Shown here in pieces: positions 9,770-18,427 of a stretch of 64,000 nucleotides of DNA. Position 1 is the first letter of the stretch, and each line of letters starts with the position of its first letter. Under the pieces are notes generated by a model. The model did no database searches, was not told where the DNA came from, and saw nothing but the letters and a program-made list of their open reading frames with translations. Source of the stretch: a virus; IMG/VR virus record IMGVR_UViG_3300041409_000348, positions 39,564 to 103,563 of that record. One strand, given 5' to 3'. Made by a program: the position numbers and the translations under genes.

Positions 9770-10216
9770 GTGGCCGCTCCGTCCGTGCAGCCCGTGTCCG
9801 ACGCCCACGCACCCCTCGCCACCCCGCAGAAGCTCACCACGGCGCAAGAGGTCAAGCTGCAGCTGGCCCGCGACTACCCGGCCGGTGCGCTCGCCTGGGT
9901 TGATGACATCACGTGGACGCCGCAGCCGCAGATGGTGCCGCTCCGCCAGGTCGACATGACCGGCGGGGACACGAACTGGGCGCTGGCCCGTAAAGACAAG
10001 GCGAAGATCGCCGCGTTCATCGCCCGTATCCGCTCGGGCACCCGGAAGCCGGTGGTGCTGATCCGTACTCCCGGGCCGGGGAAACTCCGCGCGGTCGACG
10101 GTCACACGAGGTGCCTGGCCAGTGCGGCGCTCGGCCAGCCGGTCACGGCATGGGTCGGGACCGCGAAGACGGCGACCGGCCCGTGGGATGACGTGCACTC
10201 CAGGAAGACGAACTAG
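9770..10216 (+). CDS. ParB/Srx-like domain protein
   Basis: KPVVLIR...LRAVDGHTRCLA. Confidence 0.7.
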   Translation: MAAPSVQPVSDAHAPLATPQKLTTAQEVKLQLARDYPAGALAWVDDITWTPQPQMVPLRQVDMTGGDTNWALARKDKAKIAAFIARIRSGTRKPVVLIRTPGPGKLRAVDGHTRCLASAALGQPVTAWVGTAKTATGPWDDVHSRKTN

Positions 10217-10791
10217 TGAGCGCGCAGACTGCACGGCTCGCCGAGACGCCCAGCCCGTGGGGCAGCCCCGCCGGCCCTGGCCTCTGGCACCACAAGGGCT
10301 GGAAACTCCCAAATTACGTGGAGCAGGTCAGCAAGGGCATCATGAAGTCCGGCCGCGCCGCCACTGAGTCTGAGGCCATCCACATGGCGCTCGGAGTGCT
10401 GGCCCGGTGGGCGCGTGGCGGCGGGAAAGTAAGCCCCGAAGTCCAGGCCGCCGCCGCTAAGGCCATCGCCGAGTTCGCCGCCCTGCGAGCCAAGGCCGCC
10501 GCCCACAGTCACGCGAACGAGGACGGTGCCGCCATGTCCCTCTCCTGGAACGGCGTAGAGGGCATCGAGCTCGGTGCCCCTGCTGTCGCTGAGCGTGTCC
10601 CGCCCGGGCGCCGTGAGGGTGGCCAGTTCGCTGGGAAGGCTACGGTGCTGGGCCGTTACGACACCCCAGAACGTGCCGCGCTGGTGATCAACGGGATGGA
10701 CGCGGCGGAACGTGCCGTGGCCCGCGCGTCTACCTTGCCGCCGCCCGGGTTCGCGTGGACGGACGCTGACCGGCTGGCAGTGGCGGAGTGA
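10216..10791 (+). CDS. putative head-associated protein
   Basis: In head module; GGQF motif and AN(D/E)..IEL motif shared with neighbours. Confidence 0.65.
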   Translation: MSAQTARLAETPSPWGSPAGPGLWHHKGWKLPNYVEQVSKGIMKSGRAATESEAIHMALGVLARWARGGGKVSPEVQAAAAKAIAEFAALRAKAAAHSHANEDGAAMSLSWNGVEGIELGAPAVAERVPPGRREGGQFAGKATVLGRYDTPERAALVINGMDAAERAVARASTLPPPGFAWTDADRLAVAE

Positions 10792-10927
10792 GAGGCGGGA
10801 GAGCGCGCCGGTCCCGGTTCTCACGCTCCTGCCCGGGATAACACTGACCGGTGTGGCTCTCCGGGCGGCGGTGACTAGTACGTCCCGCCCCTCTTGATCA
10901 GCGTAGCGCCCGACGGAAGGCCCGCAG

Positions 10928-12226
10928 TTGAAGACTCCCGCACCGCAGCGCGCCGCTGGCCGTAAGAAGCTCGCCGCGATGGGCCAGGCCCTAAGCGACG
11001 GCACGGCACCGATCCCGGACGTCGCCTACCTGAAGAAGGCGATCCGGGCGAAGGGCCGCGTTGACCCGTCCAAGTGGCCGGCGCTGAAGGCCCTGATCGT
11101 GAAGCGGGCGAAGGCTCTCGGTGCCACGAACGCACCCGGCGTCAAGGGCACGTGGGCGTTCCAGGCCGCGAACGACGGTGAGGCGCTTGAGATGAGCAGT
11201 TACATCGCCCCGCACATGCCGGCCGGTTCCCCGCAAGGCGGCCAGTTCGGCACCACCTCAGGCGGCGGCGGAAAGCCGACTCCCGCGCAGCAGCACGCCG
11301 CCCATGACGCCCACCTCGCGCATCTGCAGCATCTGGTGGACACCGGCAAGGCGACCCCGGCGCAGAAAGCGGAACTGGCCGCGGCGAAGAAGGCCGCGGC
11401 TCCGGGGTCGGCGCAGGTGCAGAAGGCGCTGGCGGCGGTGAAGGCGGGGGCGGCAGCCACCCCGGCACCCAAGGCGAAGAAGGCCAAGGCCCCCGCGAAG
11501 CCGAAAGCCCCCGCGAAGCCGAAGGTCAACAAGACGAAGGGCACCGTCACCGCCACGATCGGCGGCAAAAAAGTGACGATGACCCTGCACCAGTGGCATC
11601 AGCTGCACGTCGCGCACGAGAAGGCCATCAAGGCAGCGAATGACACGGAGGCGATTGAGATGGCCACGGCCACCCCCCGGAAGATGCCGATGGTGCGTGG
11701 TGCCGCTGACGTCCAGTTGCGCCGCACCGGGCCCGGCATGATCACCGTGCAGCACAAGTCGACGGGCATGAAGGTCGGGACGATCACCCCGAAGGGCAAC
11801 GGCTGGCAGGGCATGCACGCCACCGGCACGATGACCGGCGCCTCGGGCAGCCAGCAGGGTGCCCTGACGGGCCTGATCGCGTTCCACAACAAGCAGGCGG
11901 CGAAAGCGAAAGCGTCCGGGTTCCCGCCCGCCCAGCAGGACGGCACAGCGGTCATGCCCGGCTCCAAGACGTACACGGCCGGGCAGGACGCCGTGGACCT
12001 CGCCGGCGCGCTCCCCGTATCCACCCCGGCGTCGTCGTCCTCGGATGGGCCGCGGGTCACGTCGATGGGCTCCGGCAAGCCGGCGGCGGCGCCGAGCGGC
12101 GACCCGTCTGGCCTGTCCCCGTACGCGCTGGCGATCTACCGGAAGTTCCTGGCGAAGAAGATGAAGCCGGCGGTGGCGCTGGCGTTCGCGAAGCGCGCCG
12201 ACGCGATGCACGCGAAAGCGGCCTAG
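10928..12226 (+). CDS. putative head-associated/internal protein, Lys/Ala-rich, multi-segment
   Basis: PIPDVAYLKKAIRA...LIVKRAKALG; PAGSPQGGQF; repeated AAND..A(L/I)EM linkers. Confidence 0.7.
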   Translation: MKTPAPQRAAGRKKLAAMGQALSDGTAPIPDVAYLKKAIRAKGRVDPSKWPALKALIVKRAKALGATNAPGVKGTWAFQAANDGEALEMSSYIAPHMPAGSPQGGQFGTTSGGGGKPTPAQQHAAHDAHLAHLQHLVDTGKATPAQKAELAAAKKAAAPGSAQVQKALAAVKAGAAATPAPKAKKAKAPAKPKAPAKPKVNKTKGTVTATIGGKKVTMTLHQWHQLHVAHEKAIKAANDTEAIEMATATPRKMPMVRGAADVQLRRTGPGMITVQHKSTGMKVGTITPKGNGWQGMHATGTMTGASGSQQGALTGLIAFHNKQAAKAKASGFPPAQQDGTAVMPGSKTYTAGQDAVDLAGALPVSTPASSSSDGPRVTSMGSGKPAAAPSGDPSGLSPYALAIYRKFLAKKMKPAVALAFAKRADAMHAKAA

Positions 12227-12565
12227 CTAGGCGTAGCGCTCGAGCAGCGGCGTCAGCTTCGCCTGCAACTCCTCCCGCCCGGCCTCGGTGTCCATGTCGG
12301 CGATCTCAATCACCGCGTCGGCGACCTCACGGAGCCTGCCCGGCACGGGACGGCCCGCCACGGCGATAGCGACGATCGGCTTCCCGAGCATGATCGCCAA
12401 GCCCAGTTCGACCGCGAACTTGATGTCTACCTCGCCGTCGTCGGGGACGAGGCTGGCGACGAACGCCGAGTCCGTCATCTGCCTGACGGTCCCTTCGCGG
12501 ACATTGGCGACCCAGCGGTCCCAGTCGCGGCGATCCTGCGGGCTCAGGTTCTCATCCCAGGTCAC
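12227..12565 (-). CDS. hypothetical protein (nucleoside 2-deoxyribosyltransferase-like fragment possible)
   Basis: AVELGLAIMLGKPIV motif; coupled to 12552..12752. Confidence 0.55.
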   Translation of the reverse strand: MTWDENLSPQDRRDWDRWVANVREGTVRQMTDSAFVASLVPDDGEVDIKFAVELGLAIMLGKPIVAIAVAGRPVPGRLREVADAVIEIADMDTEAGREELQAKLTPLLERYA

Positions 12566-12752
12566 GTACGGCCTCCATTCGGGGCTTCTCCCGTGACGTT
12601 TCCCGCGCTTCCCGCATCACCTTCCGGAACTCGGGGTCCTTCGCCATCCGCAGCGCCTCCGCCAGCGAGTAGCCGGCCAGCGTCACCGACCCGTCCGGGC
12701 CGATCGTCATTGTCCGCTCGGCGCGTGCCCGCCGCCCCCTGAACATTCTCAT
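12552..12752 (-). CDS. hypothetical protein, leaderless
   Basis: TACCGT-TTGCGC-ATG upstream. Confidence 0.5.
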   Translation of the reverse strand: MRMFRGRRARAERTMTIGPDGSVTLAGYSLAEALRMAKDPEFRKVMREARETSREKPRMEAVRDLG

Positions 12753-12781
12753 GCGCAAACGGTAACGGAGGCGAGCCGAAC

Positions 12782-14113
12782 GTGACCACCACTGTCCTCA
12801 CCCCGATGGACCGCGGGAAAGCCCGCCCGTCCGGCGCGTCCCTGTGGCGCAAGCAAGTCCTGCCGCTCGGCACCATCGACTACAAAGGCCGCAAGATCAC
12901 GTTCAGCCGCGAATACCTCGCCGGCCTGGTCCGGGCGTTCGGTGACAAGGCGTATGACGTGGTGCCGTTCCAGTTCGCCGACGGCGCCAACAGCCACACC
13001 AACGCCCCCGAGCAGCGCCGCGGCACCGTCCGGGACCTGGAACTCACCGACGACGGCCTCGACATCATCGTCGAAGCCGGCCAGGACGCCGCGAAACACC
13101 TCGCCGAATACCCCGACCTGGGTGTGTCCGCCCGGATCGTGGAGGCCTACGACCGGGCCGACGGGAAGTTTTTCCCCGCCGCCATCCAGCACGTCCTCGG
13201 CACCCTGGACCCGCGGATCACGGGCCTGCGGCCGTGGCAGGCGATCGACGCCGCCAACGACGGGGACGGTGACCTGATCGACCTCACCGACGCCCACTAC
13301 ACGGCGCCGTCTACGACGGCCGCCGCGTTCCCGCCCGGCGTGAACGTGGCTGGCCTGGGTGGGGGCGGCGGCGGAGCCACCACCGTCACCTTCACCGCGG
13401 ACGGCGGCAAGCCCGAGCAAGAGCAGCCCAACCCAACCGGCACTCCCACGGAGGAACACACGATGGCTTTCACCGCTGACCAGGAGGCCCGGCTGGCTAA
13501 GCTGCTCGACCTCCCCGACGACAAGTTCGACGCGATGCTCGCCGTCGCCGAGGCCGAGCCGCCCGCCGAGGGCGAGGAACTGCAGATGACCGACGAGGAG
13601 CTGCAGAAGCTCATCGCGTCGCTGGACGAGGATGAGGTAGCCGCTACCGAGCCGGAGACCGAGCCCGCCGCGCAGGACGACCGTGAGCTCGTGGGCGCGT
13701 CCCTGTCCAACGAGGCGCAGGCGCAGATCGACCTCGCCAACTCCCGCGCCGAGGAAACGTCCATCGAGCTGGCCCGGGTCACGTCGGCGCTGAACAAGGC
13801 CGCCTACGAGAAGGAACGCGACCACTACAGCCGCGAGTACGGCATCCCCCCGCGGATCACCGACCTCGCCCGCCCCGTCCTCGAAGGCGAAGGCCACGTC
13901 GTGGACCTCGCCAACGGCAGCACCGCCGACGCCGGCCAGATCGTCCGCAAGGTCCTGTCCGAAGTCGGCAAGACCGTCAAGATGCTGGACCTGTCCGGCG
14001 AGATGGGCTCCCCCCTCGACGGCGGCCGGGACGCTGAACGCGCCGAGCAGGAGCAGACCGCGAAGGACCGCGCCGACATGGTGGGCCGCGTCCGCCAGAT
14101 GACCGGCATCTAG
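12782..14113 (+). CDS. capsid maturation protease/scaffold (Mu gpI-like)
   Basis: Position before capsid genes; globular N-domain then acidic helical scaffold; internal SD GGAGG before MAFTADQ suggests a nested scaffold start. Confidence 0.8.
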   Translation: MTTTVLTPMDRGKARPSGASLWRKQVLPLGTIDYKGRKITFSREYLAGLVRAFGDKAYDVVPFQFADGANSHTNAPEQRRGTVRDLELTDDGLDIIVEAGQDAAKHLAEYPDLGVSARIVEAYDRADGKFFPAAIQHVLGTLDPRITGLRPWQAIDAANDGDGDLIDLTDAHYTAPSTTAAAFPPGVNVAGLGGGGGGATTVTFTADGGKPEQEQPNPTGTPTEEHTMAFTADQEARLAKLLDLPDDKFDAMLAVAEAEPPAEGEELQMTDEELQKLIASLDEDEVAATEPETEPAAQDDRELVGASLSNEAQAQIDLANSRAEETSIELARVTSALNKAAYEKERDHYSREYGIPPRITDLARPVLEGEGHVVDLANGSTADAGQIVRKVLSEVGKTVKMLDLSGEMGSPLDGGRDAERAEQEQTAKDRADMVGRVRQMTGI

Positions 14114-14116
14114 GTC

Positions 14117-14287
14117 ATGGCCCGGCATGTCGTCACCGTGACCACCGCGGCGACCTCCACCACCCCGGCACTGGTCAAAGGCCAGGTCATCGAACTGACC
14201 ACCGGGCAGGAAACCACCCTGTCCACCGCGATCCGCGCCACCACGTTCCGGGACACCACCGGCGAGAACGTCGGCGTCTCCAACTAG
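14117..14287 (+). CDS. small putative virion protein ending VGVSN (56 aa, not in ORF track)
   Basis: MARHVVTVTTAATSTTPALVKGQVIEL...GENVGVSN; high GC3. Confidence 0.65.
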   Translation: MARHVVTVTTAATSTTPALVKGQVIELTTGQETTLSTAIRATTFRDTTGENVGVSN

Positions 14288-14317
14288 CACCACCCCGCAC
14301 GGCCCCGAACCGCTTCC

Positions 14318-14342
14318 ACCCGCCCTCAGTGCGGGTTTTTTT
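14318..14342 (+). terminator. intrinsic terminator-like hairpin
   Basis: ACCCGC-N7-GCGGGT followed by a T run. Confidence 0.6.
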
Positions 14343-14372
14343 GTGCCCCACGACAGGACGGTGTGACTCGCA

Positions 14373-14834
14373 ATGAGCGGAAGTCTCCCGCATTACAAGC
14401 TCGGCCCAGCCTCCTACCAGGTGTCCGCACTCGTAACCGGCGGCCAGCTCGTCACCGCCGACGCGAGCCCCGCGACCACGGTCTCCGTGGCCGGCGCCGG
14501 CGCCATTCTCGTCGTCGGCGTCGCCGGCAACGACGCGGCCCCGATCCCGAACCAGGCCGGCTCTACGGACACCGCCGCCGGGGGTGCGCCGCTGGTCGAC
14601 ATCTCCGTCCTGTCGGACTACACGTCCGTGTACTCCAGCGGCTACGACATGCACGTCACCTACGCCGCGAACTGCACCTTCGGGACGCTCCTGAAGGCCG
14701 CCGCGAACGGCACCGTCACCCCGTGGGTGTCCGGCACCGACACCAACGCCGCCCTCATCGTCGGCCGCTGCACCCAGCCCGGCGGCGTCACCACCTCCAC
14801 CAACGCCGTCGGCCGCGCCCGAATCGGCCTCTAA
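14373..14834 (+). CDS. capsid decoration/cement protein
   Basis: Small Ala/Gly/Val/Thr-rich protein between scaffold and capsid genes. Confidence 0.7.
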   Translation: MSGSLPHYKLGPASYQVSALVTGGQLVTADASPATTVSVAGAGAILVVGVAGNDAAPIPNQAGSTDTAAGGAPLVDISVLSDYTSVYSSGYDMHVTYAANCTFGTLLKAAANGTVTPWVSGTDTNAALIVGRCTQPGGVTTSTNAVGRARIGL

Positions 14835-14873
14835 ACGCCGGACGAAGCACTTCAAGAAAACTAGGAGACCAAA

Positions 14874-15788
14874 GTGCCCACTCCGGCATATTCCAGCCTT
14901 GACGGCCCCCGGGTCACAGTCGACGCCCTGCTCAAGGACCCGCTGGTCATTCCCGCGCTGATCCTCGACATGACCCAGAACGAGTTCATCGTCGACGCCG
15001 TGCTCCGGCAGGGTGGCCTCGCCACCTCCGGCGCCGTCCGCTACTCCGAGTCGACGCCGCTGTACGCCGACGACACCCCGGAGATCCGCGCCGAGTTCGC
15101 TGAGGTGCCGGTCGTGCCGACCAGCGTCGGCGTCCCGCGCGTGGTGTTCACCCACGAGCGCGCCATGGCGATCATGGTGTCCGACGAGATGCGGCGCCGC
15201 CAGGCCATCGACCCGGTGACGCGGCAGCTCACCCAGGTCAAGAACACGATGGTGTACTCCTGGAACCAGGCTTTCTTCTCGGCCGTGGTCGCCAACGCCG
15301 GCATCCAGACGCTGGCCGTGTCGAACCCGTGGGCCTCGAGCAACGCCACCATCCGCGGGGACATCGCCAACGCGGTGTATCTGGTCGAGAACGCTTCGAT
15401 CAGCAGCTCGATCAGCGGCCTGTCTCAGTTCCTCGGCTTCGAGGCAGACACCATGATCATCAACCACGGGACGAAGAACAGCCTGCTCCAGTCGTCCTCG
15501 TTCGCCGCGCCCTACATCGGGGATATTGCGTCGGAGTCGCTCCAGTACACGGGCGTGCTGCCTAATCGCATTTTTAATCTTGATGTAATGGTGAGCCGAC
15601 AGATCCCGGCCGGAAATGCCATTGTCATGCAGCGCAATAGGTGCGGCTTTATCGCCGATGAATTGCCCATGCAGGCTTCCCCGCTCTACAGGGATGAGCC
15701 GCGTAAGACACAGAGGTCGGACGTACAAAGGGCCAGCGCCATTGGGCTTGACCAACCTTTGAGTATCGTGCTGCTCAGCGGGGTATAA
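14874..15788 (+). CDS. major capsid protein
   Basis: 304 aa; strong SD AGGAG; position; HK97-fold-like C-terminus AIGLDQPLSIVLLSGV. Confidence 0.85.
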   Translation: MPTPAYSSLDGPRVTVDALLKDPLVIPALILDMTQNEFIVDAVLRQGGLATSGAVRYSESTPLYADDTPEIRAEFAEVPVVPTSVGVPRVVFTHERAMAIMVSDEMRRRQAIDPVTRQLTQVKNTMVYSWNQAFFSAVVANAGIQTLAVSNPWASSNATIRGDIANAVYLVENASISSSISGLSQFLGFEADTMIINHGTKNSLLQSSSFAAPYIGDIASESLQYTGVLPNRIFNLDVMVSRQIPAGNAIVMQRNRCGFIADELPMQASPLYRDEPRKTQRSDVQRASAIGLDQPLSIVLLSGV

Positions 15789-15830
15789 TCGAACACTTGA
15801 TCTAGGGTCAAGCGCGTTCGTTTCATACGA

Positions 15831-15882
15831 TAGAATGGAGGAAAAGTAAAGGTCCCGGCACCTGCTCCACAGGTACCGGGAC
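15831..15882 (+). promoter_or_regulatory. HNH cassette leader: -10 TAGAAT + hairpin
   Basis: TAGAAT 15831-15836; GTCCCGG...CCGGGAC 15852-15882. Confidence 0.55.
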
Positions 15883-15913
15883 GTGTCCACACCGATTCAG
15901 GCGGTGCAACACC

Positions 15914-17149
15914 ATGCAGAATACCCCTGCCCGCAGGGTCTTCCTGGCGCGCAAGTGCCTAGATTGCCCGGTCCGGTTCACGCCCACAGGTGCCAAGCAG
16001 GTCCGCTGCCCGGACTGCCAGGCCGTGGAGAGCGCGAAGGTGGTTCGCGAGGCCCGCGCCCGGGAGATGATCCGCCGGAAGGCGGTCCGTGCGGAGGCCC
16101 GCCTCGCCGGTCCTCGCTGTTCCGTTTGCAGGGCACCTCTCCGCAAGAACAACACCATCGGCCGATGCCAGGAACACCGCTACATCGGTGAAGGCATGGG
16201 TGCCTGCACCCACTGCGGGAAGCCGGTCCGGCGCGACAACCAGAGCGGGTACTGCGAGGAGCACAAGTACGCCACCTCGCGCGCGCCGGTACGGTTCTGC
16301 GCCAGCAGTGAGGGCTGCGGCAGGCAGCTCCGGATAGACAACGAATCCGGCTACTGTGCGCGTCACTTCTCAGAGTCCCCTCTGTGGCGTGAATGCAGGG
16401 ACCGGTTCAACGCCAAACTGCGGGAGCAAAACCGCCTGCGCCCCGACGAGCGCCGGTTCTGCTCGGAGCCAAGATGCCCTAACCGGCTCCGCTCCGACAA
16501 CACCACCGGCCGCTGCGCGGGGCACGTCTATATCCCCGTGGACATGCCGGAATGCACTGTCGAGAGATGCACCAACCGCCTGACTGTGCGCAACACGACC
16601 GGCCGCTGCTGGGAGGAGCATCACGCGAAGTACTGGGTGGCTGAGCAGTGCGGCCACGTCGGCTGCGAGCAAATCCTGCACGAGGACAACAGCCTCGGAT
16701 ACTGCCACGAGCACCGCAGCGAGGCCGAGCAGCACCAGGAATACATGCGCGCCTACTACCAGAGCCGGAAGGCCGAGTTCCAGGCGTACGCGAAGGCGTG
16801 GCGGCTGGCCAACGGCGATGACCACCGCGCGGCTGTGCGCGCATGGAGCACTGCCAACAGGGAAGCCCGGCAAGCCATGCACGCCCGCCGGCGCACGCGC
16901 ATCAAAGTGGCCATGACTGATCTCGACCGGCAGCAGTCAGTCGCCCGCCGCAGGGACATCAAGAACAACCCCTGCTTCTACTGCGGGACCGCCGAGACTT
17001 CCGACACGGACCACTTCTTTCCGCTCGCCAAGGGCGGCACGGACCACTGGTGGAACCTCGTCCGCGCCTGCGACCCGTGCAATTCCCGTAAAAACGCCAC
17101 CTGCGGCACTGCGTTCCTGCTCCGCGCCGGTGGCCTGACCCTCACCTAA
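15914..17149 (+). CDS. HNH endonuclease with six tandem CCCH zinc-finger-like repeats
   Basis: C-terminal CFYCG...TDHFFPLAKGGTDHWWNLVRACDPCNSRK; repeats C..C...LR.DN..G.C..H. Confidence 0.88.
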   Translation: MQNTPARRVFLARKCLDCPVRFTPTGAKQVRCPDCQAVESAKVVREARAREMIRRKAVRAEARLAGPRCSVCRAPLRKNNTIGRCQEHRYIGEGMGACTHCGKPVRRDNQSGYCEEHKYATSRAPVRFCASSEGCGRQLRIDNESGYCARHFSESPLWRECRDRFNAKLREQNRLRPDERRFCSEPRCPNRLRSDNTTGRCAGHVYIPVDMPECTVERCTNRLTVRNTTGRCWEEHHAKYWVAEQCGHVGCEQILHEDNSLGYCHEHRSEAEQHQEYMRAYYQSRKAEFQAYAKAWRLANGDDHRAAVRAWSTANREARQAMHARRRTRIKVAMTDLDRQQSVARRRDIKNNPCFYCGTAETSDTDHFFPLAKGGTDHWWNLVRACDPCNSRKNATCGTAFLLRAGGLTLT

Positions 17150-17199
17150 CCCCGCCCTCCCGTGGCGGGCTTTCCCTACCGCCACGGAGGCGATCACTC

Positions 17200-17658
17200 A
17201 TGTCCGAAGCACAGCCGGAATCCAAGCCCGCGCCCCGGTCCCGGAACCGCGTCTGGGAAGCTCTCACGAACCTCTCGATTGGCCGCGGCGAGGACAAGGA
17301 CAAGGCCGCGGACATCGTGCACAAGGGTGAGACCGTGACCCTGACCGACGACCAGGCGCAGGGGTTCCTCAACCGGCATCGCCGCCCGGTGATCCGCCCC
17401 GCGGCCAACCAGAACGACGCCAGCCCCAGCATTCAGGCGAAGGATCTGTTCGGGCAGCGTCCCCCCGCGGAGGCGTTCGGTGCCCGCCCCGACCCGCCCG
17501 GCTCGTCCAAGGTGACCGTGAACGATGAGGTCGCCGACCCCGCCGACCCGCGGAACGCCCCGGAAGCCAAGGACCCGAAGACGGACTTCTCCGTTGACCC
17601 GGCCGCGGCGAAGGACAAAGGCACCGGGGCCACCAGCACCAAGGGCAGCAGCAAGTAA
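17200..17658 (+). CDS. hypothetical virion-module protein
   Basis: SD GGAGG; high GC3; position after capsid. Confidence 0.7.
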   Translation: MSEAQPESKPAPRSRNRVWEALTNLSIGRGEDKDKAADIVHKGETVTLTDDQAQGFLNRHRRPVIRPAANQNDASPSIQAKDLFGQRPPAEAFGARPDPPGSSKVTVNDEVADPADPRNAPEAKDPKTDFSVDPAAAKDKGTGATSTKGSSK

Positions 17659-17661
17659 CCC

Positions 17662-17874
17662 ATGGCCCAGTACGCCACGCTTGAGGTCACCATCGCCGAT
17701 GTGGAACCTGTCGCGTCGTTTATCGCCCGGGTGTGCAAAGCGGACGCGATGATCCGGGGGATGACGCCGCAGGACGCGGCGGATCTGCCTGGTGCGGTGG
17801 TTGAGGGGATCGCGGAGCTCCAGTCGGCGGTGCGGGATCTCGGGGCCGTGCCACCGCGCGGGGATGTCCTGTGA
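17662..17874 (+). CDS. hypothetical protein
   Basis: Tight packing in operon. Confidence 0.55.
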   Translation: MAQYATLEVTIADVEPVASFIARVCKADAMIRGMTPQDAADLPGAVVEGIAELQSAVRDLGAVPPRGDVL

Positions 17875-17999
17875 GCGCCCTCGTGCGTGAGGATGACGCC
17901 GACTACGTGTGCCCGTGGTGTGAGCGGAACCAGTGCTATCGCTGTACCGAACGGGCGTGCACGTGCTGTTCCGGTGTCCCCGACGACGACGCGGCCTAG
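17871..17999 (+). CDS. Cys-rich micro-protein (42 aa)
   Basis: GTGA overlap; CPWC...CYRC...CTCC. Confidence 0.5.
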   Translation: MSALVREDDADYVCPWCERNQCYRCTERACTCCSGVPDDDAA

Positions 18000-18364
18000 A
18001 GGGGCGCAGGGGAGCCGGTAGGCCGCTGCTGGCCAGTCCACGGGAGCGACAAGCCATCACCCTCGCGGCGCGGCACCAAGTGGATGTGCAGATGCCGGAC
18101 GGTCTGGGTCGCTGCCGACCCGGCCGAAGTGATCAGGTTGTAGTGCCAGTCGGAAAACTCCAGCGGCCCCGCAATCATCGCGGCGAACTCCATCGCTTGG
18201 CCGGCGGTGACCGGATCGGCACCCGCGTCCGAGACGTGCTTGCGAGGGACCACAAGCAGATGCCCCTCGGTGACGGGGTTCAGCGGCTCGAAGGCGACAG
18301 CGGTCCGATCCGAGTAATCGAACTCGCCCGCCGCGATGCGGGCACAGAACGGGCAGTCGTCCAC
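17996..18364 (-). CDS. HIT-family nucleotide hydrolase
   Basis: DCPFCARI, PLNPVTEGHLLVVP, QTVRHLHIHLVPR histidine triad; SD GGAGAGG. Confidence 0.92.
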   Translation of the reverse strand: MDDCPFCARIAAGEFDYSDRTAVAFEPLNPVTEGHLLVVPRKHVSDAGADPVTAGQAMEFAAMIAGPLEFSDWHYNLITSAGSAATQTVRHLHIHLVPRREGDGLSLPWTGQQRPTGSPAPL

Positions 18365-18401
18365 CGCGCGATCCTCTCCACTGAAATAATGATCGCCGCT
18401 T

Positions 18402-18427
18402 ACCGTAGCCCGATGAGGTGAGCCGTG
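18402..18427. repeat. 26-bp direct repeat, copy 1 (ACCGTAGCCCGATGAGGTGAGCCGTG)
   Basis: Identical to 21531-21556; contains a - strand -10 box and a + strand SD and start codon. Confidence 0.85.

Noticed and set aside
15789-15820. LexA/SOS box (CGAAC...GTTCG)
   Set aside because: Half-sites are about 20 nt apart rather than 4; more likely a hairpin after the capsid gene.
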